DNA of 56,047 nt, from the sequence record SRR22947725_241. One strand, written 5' to 3'. Below are positions 50,705 through 56,047 of the stretch, one piece after another; the first letter of the stretch is position 1; every line of letters starts with the position of its first letter. Position numbers and translations under genes: made by a program. The notes under the pieces were generated by a model. That model had not been told where the DNA came from. It made no database searches and worked only from the letters and a program-made list of their open reading frames with translations.

Positions 50705-52141
50705 ATGCCATCCCAACGTCGCTGGCGACAACGGCTGCTCGGCAGCCTGCAGGGGCAGCTTCAGCTCGCCACCTATCTCGTGGTGTTTGCCGGTTTTACT
50801 GGCGCCTCAACGGCAGGTTTATGGGTGGGTCAACGGAACCTGATCCACAACGAAACGCAGGCTCTGCAAAGCAGCGCAAGCTCGATTCAGGCCTGCCTGC
50901 GTGCCAATCAGAGTGCCGATGCAAGTGCCGATCGAGGCCATGATCTGGACAATCTGCGGCAGGAGCTTCTGGTTCACTCCAGCCATCGCACCCAGATGTG
51001 GATCGAACAACCGGATGGCAGCCTGATCTTGCCCGAAAGCAATCATCTGAGCATCTCGGATACGGCGATTCAAGCCGCCATGCAGGGCAATCCCGGACGC
51101 ATTCAAGGCCTCCAAAAGCAGATCAGCGTTGGAGAAACGCGCTACCTCAGCGAGTTGGTGGACCAGCTCTCCAGCGGAGGGCGGCTCTGGATCTTGCAGG
51201 AAGTGGGAGCCAATCAACAGGCCCTCGGCAACTACTTGCAGTTGATGATCCTCACCTGGGGCAGCTGCTTAGCGCTCACGTTGTTGGCCGTGAGCTGGCT
51301 GGTGCGGCGCATCGTGAAACCACTGGAACAGCTCAACGCCACCACGTCCCGAGTGACGGCCGACACCCTCAATACAGCACGGCTTCAACTCACAAAAGGA
51401 CCGATCGAAGTGGTGCAGCTGGGGCAGACCTACAACGAGCTGCTGGAACGATTGGCCTTGTCGTGGAGCCAACAGCGGCAATTCGTGAGTGCCGTGAGCC
51501 ATGAGCTGCGCACGCCGCTCACGATTGTTCAGGGCTACATCCATCGCACGATCAAGCGGGGCGACAACCTCAGCAGCGATCAGGTGCATGGCTTGCAAAC
51601 CGCCAAGGACGAAAGCATCCGCATGCAACGGCTGATGGATGAGCTGCTGGATCTATCCCGAGGAGATTCAGGCCAGTTGGCGATCGCCTGCGAACCGGTG
51701 CGGCTGGCCGATCAATTGGAGCAAGTGGCCGACATGGCACGCCACACCCTGCAGCGCCCATTGCAGTTGGAACTCCCCGATGATCCTCAGCAGCGTGATG
51801 CGATCGCCCAGGCCGACCCAGCCCGGCTGCGTCAGGTGTTGCTCGATCTGATCGAAAACGCCGACAAGTATTCCCCGGAGGGTCGACCGATCCTGCTCAA
51901 ACTCCAACACGACGGCAACAACGCTGCGATCGAGGTGATCGACCAGGGAATCGGCATTCCAGCGGACGAACTGGATGCCGTGTTTGAACGCTTTCAGCGG
52001 GGCAGCAATGCACCGGTGAAAACCGGTTCCGGTCTGGGACTGTCACTGGTGAAGCTGCTGGTGGTGGGCATGGGAGGCAGCATTAAGGTGCGTAGCCGTC
52101 TCAACGAAGGGAGCTGCTTCACCGTGCATCTGAACCCATGA
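50705..52141 (+). CDS. Membrane sensor histidine kinase (HAMP, HisKA, HATPase)
   Basis: Two TM helices, SHELRTPL H-box, ENADKY, DQGIGI, GSGLGL. Confidence 0.95.
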   Translation: MPSQRRWRQRLLGSLQGQLQLATYLVVFAGFTGASTAGLWVGQRNLIHNETQALQSSASSIQACLRANQSADASADRGHDLDNLRQELLVHSSHRTQMWIEQPDGSLILPESNHLSISDTAIQAAMQGNPGRIQGLQKQISVGETRYLSELVDQLSSGGRLWILQEVGANQQALGNYLQLMILTWGSCLALTLLAVSWLVRRIVKPLEQLNATTSRVTADTLNTARLQLTKGPIEVVQLGQTYNELLERLALSWSQQRQFVSAVSHELRTPLTIVQGYIHRTIKRGDNLSSDQVHGLQTAKDESIRMQRLMDELLDLSRGDSGQLAIACEPVRLADQLEQVADMARHTLQRPLQLELPDDPQQRDAIAQADPARLRQVLLDLIENADKYSPEGRPILLKLQHDGNNAAIEVIDQGIGIPADELDAVFERFQRGSNAPVKTGSGLGLSLVKLLVVGMGGSIKVRSRLNEGSCFTVHLNP

Positions 52142-52482
52142 TTCCTTTCTTGGTGTTTTGCTCATTTCTGATCCCGATCAATGCCTGGGCTGCAGTGACA
52201 CCGCATTTGCATAGTGATTTGTCGATGCGTCTGCTCCATGGGGTCTGCACCCTGGTGTTGATCCCGCTGTTGTGGAGCCTATGGCTGCGACGCAACGATC
52301 TAAACCGCTGGGCTGCCCTCTCTCTGGCGCTGTTTGCCGTGGTGATGGTGGTGGTGAACAGCTGGATTGCGGGGATGGGAATGGGGGTGGAATTCGGCTG
52401 GCTCGACCACGTGATGCTGGCCTGCATCGCGGTGGCCTTAATCACCTACTTCCTGCTGGGGCCCGATCCCGCTGAGGCCTGA
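52138..52482 (+). CDS. Small 3-4 TM membrane protein coupled to the histidine kinase
   Basis: ATGA overlap with the kinase stop; hydrophobic helices with His residues. Confidence 0.75.
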   Translation: MIPFLVFCSFLIPINAWAAVTPHLHSDLSMRLLHGVCTLVLIPLLWSLWLRRNDLNRWAALSLALFAVVMVVVNSWIAGMGMGVEFGWLDHVMLACIAVALITYFLLGPDPAEA

Positions 52483-52494
52483 CCTTGCAACTCA

Positions 52495-52539
52495 TCAGCC
52501 AACAGCCCTTCAGCCAACAGCTGTTCAGCCAACAGCCGT
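52495..52539. repeat. 15-bp tandem triplication TCAGCCAACAGC-NNT spanning the stop codon of the last pilin-like gene
   Basis: Copies start at 52495, 52510 and 52525. Confidence 0.8.
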
Positions 52540-53103
52540 CGAACGAACGGTTTTAGGGCTGTCGTTGTTGTTGGCACCGCCGTTGAGCAGCTGCTCCAAC
52601 TCCATCTCGATCACCGGGAGACCCAGCGGCTGTTGCAACTTGATCGTGTCGATGGCATCGAGCACCACACGGTTTTGATAGGTGCTCGAGGCTCGAGAAC
52701 CCCCCTGGAGATCAAAGGCCGGGCCACAGCGCATCAGCACCTGGCCGCGCCAAATCTCAGACGGAGCCACACCAAGGCTGTACAGCACCGGTGCCGAGCC
52801 TTGGGCTGGGTGGATGGCGATCAGCACGTCGCGGTGGGCCATCGGACAGGGCCAATCAGGTTGTGGATCGGGCTGCAGCTGCCAGCGCTTCGCATCAGCC
52901 AAATCCCCCTTGATCAGCTGCAAGGTGCGCCGTTGTAGGCGGCGCACCATCAAGCGCTGCGCCAAGGCACCACCCTGGCGCGCTTCCCCCAGCAATAGCT
53001 GAAAGGCCAAACCGCACAGACCCACTCCCAGGGCCGCTACCAGTAACAGCTCCGGCAGGCTGAATCCAGCACCAACGCCAGCTATTCGTTTAAGCCGCAT
53101 CAC
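52525..53103 (-). CDS. Type IV minor pilin-like protein (PilW-like)
   Basis: G|FSLPELLLVAALG class III signal; Cys pair. Confidence 0.8.
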   Translation of the reverse strand: MMRLKRIAGVGAGFSLPELLLVAALGVGLCGLAFQLLLGEARQGGALAQRLMVRRLQRRTLQLIKGDLADAKRWQLQPDPQPDWPCPMAHRDVLIAIHPAQGSAPVLYSLGVAPSEIWRGQVLMRCGPAFDLQGGSRASSTYQNRVVLDAIDTIKLQQPLGLPVIEMELEQLLNGGANNNDSPKTVRSTAVG

Positions 53104-53638
53104 GGGGTCGGCAATGGGAACTGCTGAACGCCACAGCTGGATCCGCTTGATAGATCCCGGTGCGCGTGATCCCTAAGGGCAGGCCGATCACCATGCACAA
53201 GCGATGGGAAACACGCGGATGGCTGAGCACCACCAGGCCCCCATCAAGCAGCAAGCCATTGGCTGTGAACCGCAGCATCTCCGGCAGGTTGCTGTGCAAC
53301 TGCAGCGGTGACGAGCCCAGCTCCGCCAGGGCCATGCCAGCACCACGGCACAATGCCAGGGCTCCGCTGGCTGGGGCCTGCCAACCGCCTTGGCTGAGGG
53401 CCAATCCGCAGGGTTCAGCTTGGCGTTGGGCCGCCATCCGGCCCCGATCAAGCCCCGTCCGCAGCCGGCGCAAGCCGATCTCCAAGGCCAAGCGCTCGCG
53501 ATCACGGCCGGGGTTCGCCAGCGCCGTGGTGGCCAAGATGCCAACGATCACGACTGTTACGAGCAGCTCCAGCAAGCTGAAACCACCGGCCGCGAAGCCA
53601 CCGCTAGACGGCACCATTTGCCTCAATCGTGTTGGCAT
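53090..53638 (-). CDS. Type IV minor pilin-like protein (FimT/FimU-like)
   Basis: G|FSLLELLVTVVIVGILA; LRFTANG; C-terminal Cys pair; ATG overlaps the upstream TGA. Confidence 0.85.
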   Translation of the reverse strand: MPTRLRQMVPSSGGFAAGGFSLLELLVTVVIVGILATTALANPGRDRERLALEIGLRRLRTGLDRGRMAAQRQAEPCGLALSQGGWQAPASGALALCRGAGMALAELGSSPLQLHSNLPEMLRFTANGLLLDGGLVVLSHPRVSHRLCMVIGLPLGITRTGIYQADPAVAFSSSHCRPRDAA

Positions 53639-54042
53639 CACTGAGCCTCCCTGGGGCAATGGCCCAAACCAGCGGGAGTGAACAGCAAGCGGCGTTCATG
53701 GGGCAGATCCCCATCAGCCTCCGCAAGCTGCAGCGTCAGCCAAAGCCTTGTGCCGGGAGCGAGTGGATCCCAAACCCACCGCTCTGAAACCGCAGGATCT
53801 TCCGGCAGCGCAGCAAGGGCGTCGTCCACAGCATCGGCATCAAAGCGACAGGCCGCATCCACCAGATCGGATGCCTGCAGCAGACGTCGACTGGCCAGGA
53901 GACGTTGCTCCAACCGTTGGTGCTGCTGATCGATCAACACAGCCGATGCGGAGGCTTTGGCGGTGCTGGCCCAACCCTGCAAACCCACCTGGGTGCTGAT
54001 ACCAAGGATCGCTGCAGACACGACAACTTCTGTGAGCGTCAT
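53638..54042 (-). CDS. Type IV minor pilin-like protein (PilV-like) without a leader
   Basis: Starts MTLTEVVVSAAIL (Glu at position 5); ATGA overlap with the upstream gene. Confidence 0.7.
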   Translation of the reverse strand: MTLTEVVVSAAILGISTQVGLQGWASTAKASASAVLIDQQHQRLEQRLLASRRLLQASDLVDAACRFDADAVDDALAALPEDPAVSERWVWDPLAPGTRLWLTLQLAEADGDLPHERRLLFTPAGLGHCPREAQ

Positions 54043-54461
54043 TGCGGCAGCACCAGCTCAAGCGGGGCGGGCGAAGCATCGGGCCAACGCCATTGCAAGG
54101 TTCCAGAAGCGAAGTCTTGGGGCTGCCAACTGATCAGGTGCCAAGCCAGTGCATCACTGAGGCCCGCCTGAAGCCGCTGCGGATCAGCCCCAGGACACAG
54201 CCCCGACTCCCACCATTGCTGCGACGGCACAGTCAACAAACAACGATTGGAACCAGAAGCCCGCTGCAGAAAGTCCATCGCCACCGACTGGCGCGCATCG
54301 GCCTGCTCGGCAGACGTGAGTAGCTGACGGCTGCGTTGATGACCATGCATCGCCAGGGTTTGCAGCGACAAGCTGCTGAGCAACAGCACGACAGCAGTGC
54401 TGAGGGCCAACGGCAAGACAAACCCCTCACTGCAACGGGGAGGGCTTAAAGGGAATGGCAT
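54039..54461 (-). CDS. Type IV minor pilin-like protein (PilX-like)
   Basis: G|FVLPLALSTAVVLLL, lacking E5 as in PilX/GspK. Confidence 0.7.
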   Translation of the reverse strand: MPFPLSPPRCSEGFVLPLALSTAVVLLLSSLSLQTLAMHGHQRSRQLLTSAEQADARQSVAMDFLQRASGSNRCLLTVPSQQWWESGLCPGADPQRLQAGLSDALAWHLISWQPQDFASGTLQWRWPDASPAPLELVLPQ

Positions 54462-54535
54462 CGCAACACAACCAGTGCAGCAAGAGCATTCCCCGCGGGT
54501 AGCCCGACTTAGCCTGCAGTGATTGCATCCAGCCC

Positions 54536-55249
54536 GTGAGCCCGGAGCCGAGCCGGCTACTGATCGTCGATGACGACCCCGAGCTGCTGCGCTTTTTGGT
54601 GGATGAATTAGGCGAAGCGGGGCACCAGTGCAGCGGCTGCGACAACGGCCAAGACGCCCTGCTGTGTCTGCGCCAGGAACACTTTGATTTGGTGGTGATG
54701 GATTGGACCCTGCCGGACTTTTCCGGCGTGGAGCTCTGCCGCCGGCTGCGCACTAGCGGCAACACCACACCCGTGTTGATGCTCACCGCCCGGGATGATG
54801 TGGATGAACGGGTGAAGGCCCTCGATGCCGGTGTGGACGACTACCTCACCAAGCCGTTCAACTTGAAGGAGCTGCACGCCCGGGTGCGGGCCCGGCTGCG
54901 GCGGGGCGGCTACGAACAGGAGCTGCGGGATGAGAACAAACCGCTGCAACTCGGCGACCTAGAGCTCAATCCAACGCAACGGACGGTGCAGCGCGGTGGT
55001 GTGGATCTAGCCCTATCGCAACGGGAGTTCGAGTTACTCCAACATCTGATCTCGAATGCCGGTGAGGTTCAACCACGCCAAACGATTCTTGATGCCGTAT
55101 GGGGTGCACCCTTCGTTGGCGATCCCAACACCCTGGATGTGTACATGGGCTACCTGCGCAAAAAGGTGGAGCAACCCGGCCAACCGCGTTTGCTGCATAC
55201 GGTGCGTGGCGTGGGATTTATGGCCCGGGTGGACGATCCAACGCCCTAA
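54536..55249 (+). CDS. OmpR/PhoB family response regulator
   Basis: IVDDD, MDWTLP, LTAR, DDYLTKPF receiver motifs; LSQREFELL and HTVRGVGF winged helix. Confidence 0.96.
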   Translation: MSPEPSRLLIVDDDPELLRFLVDELGEAGHQCSGCDNGQDALLCLRQEHFDLVVMDWTLPDFSGVELCRRLRTSGNTTPVLMLTARDDVDERVKALDAGVDDYLTKPFNLKELHARVRARLRRGGYEQELRDENKPLQLGDLELNPTQRTVQRGGVDLALSQREFELLQHLISNAGEVQPRQTILDAVWGAPFVGDPNTLDVYMGYLRKKVEQPGQPRLLHTVRGVGFMARVDDPTP

Positions 55250-56047
55250 AGCGCAGCTGGATATCAGCGCCGCCGCCAGGGGTATCAGCGATCAGGAGCT
55301 CTCCCTGCATGGCTTGCATCAGCAGCGCCACGGTGGCAAGGCCAATGCCGCTGCCACGGGTGCCAACGGCACTACTCCCCCGCGCAAACCTCTCCAACAC
55401 CTGTTGTCGTTCCTGCGTCGGAATGCCAGGGCCTGAGTCGATCACATGCAACACCACAGAGCCCTGAGCCAACTCAACGGACAACGTCACAGCATCAGTG
55501 GAAAACTTCAGGGCGTTGTCCACCAAAGCCGCAAAACACTGCTGCAACCGCTGCCGATCCACGCTGATCCAAGGCAATAGCTCAGAGGTTGGCGGAGCCA
55601 AGCGAATCCGACTAGGCGCGAGAGCGATTAGGCGTTCATAGGCCTCAAGAACAAGGGCTTCTGGCTCCACCGATGCCAGTTCAACGCCCAGTCGTCCGGA
55701 ATCACTGCGGGCAAAATCCAGCAACACCCTTACCAACTCCCCCATCCGATCCGCTTCCGAAGCGATCAACTGCAAAGCAACACCCTTTAAATCAATAGGT
55801 GCCGTGCCTTGCATCAACCGTTGAGCCTGCGCAGACATCACAGAGATGGGCGTTCGCAATTCATGGGCCACGCCATCCACGAAGGCACGTTCGCGTTGCC
55901 ATGACGTGAACAAACGGGCCTGCAATTGGTTGAAGGATTCAGCAATCGCCTGCAGCTCCTTGGGTTGAGCCTTGATCTCAATGGATTGCTCGCCGAGGGA
56001 ATCTGCCTCCAAGGCATTGAGCTGATCGCGCAGGGTGTTGAGGGGAA
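55218..56047 (-). CDS. Sensor histidine kinase, 3' part (5' end lies beyond the window)
   Basis: AHELRTPI, DNALKF, DSGPGI, GSGIGL; frame stays open to the window edge. Confidence 0.93.
   Translation of the reverse strand, partial: PLNTLRDQLNALEADSLGEQSIEIKAQPKELQAIAESFNQLQARLFTSWQRERAFVDGVAHELRTPISVMSAQAQRLMQGTAPIDLKGVALQLIASEADRMGELVRVLLDFARSDSGRLGVELASVEPEALVLEAYERLIALAPSRIRLAPPTSELLPWISVDRQRLQQCFAALVDNALKFSTDAVTLSVELAQGSVVLHVIDSGPGIPTQERQQVLERFARGSSAVGTRGSGIGLATVALLMQAMQGELLIADTPGGGADIQLRFRALDRPPGP

Noticed and set aside
51680-51810. HIP1 (GCGATCGC) sites
   Set aside because: Only isolated copies inside a CDS; no visible enrichment in the window.

Overview
This is a chromosomal segment of a marine picocyanobacterium (Synechococcus subcluster 5.1-like, judged from gene content and order). 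Most of it is core genome: trpC, lpdA, murA, argD-folC, codA-like, miaB-ddl-ftsQ-ftsZ, SRP RNA, panB, hemW, clpR/clpP, ilvC, cobD, comEC, glyQ, menG, hisF, petP, chlG, a class A PBP, rsmB, trmH and dppC. It has four tRNA genes: Leu-CAG, Leu-CAA, His-GTG and Ser-CGA. Three accessory regions stand out. (1) An AT-rich 825-aa metallophosphoesterase with an Ig-like tail sits just downstream of tRNA-His. (2) A ~7 kb island lies at the 3' end of tRNA-Ser(CGA). It holds a decayed tyrosine integrase, a cyanophage-like pyrE with its own promoter and a fragment of the neighbouring phage gene, a WYL-domain protein with no HTH and a TerB-like region, a GAF protein, microproteins and gene debris. (3) An operon of four minor-pilin-like genes is sandwiched between two histidine kinases and an OmpR-type regulator, and shares an upstream motif with comEC. 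Other oddities are an in-frame TGA in an alkyltransferase-like gene, a 7-copy 13-bp-period repeat ending on the ftsQ start codon, and a tRNA-Leu ending 8 nt before argD. All family assignments come from motif recognition by eye; no searches were run.
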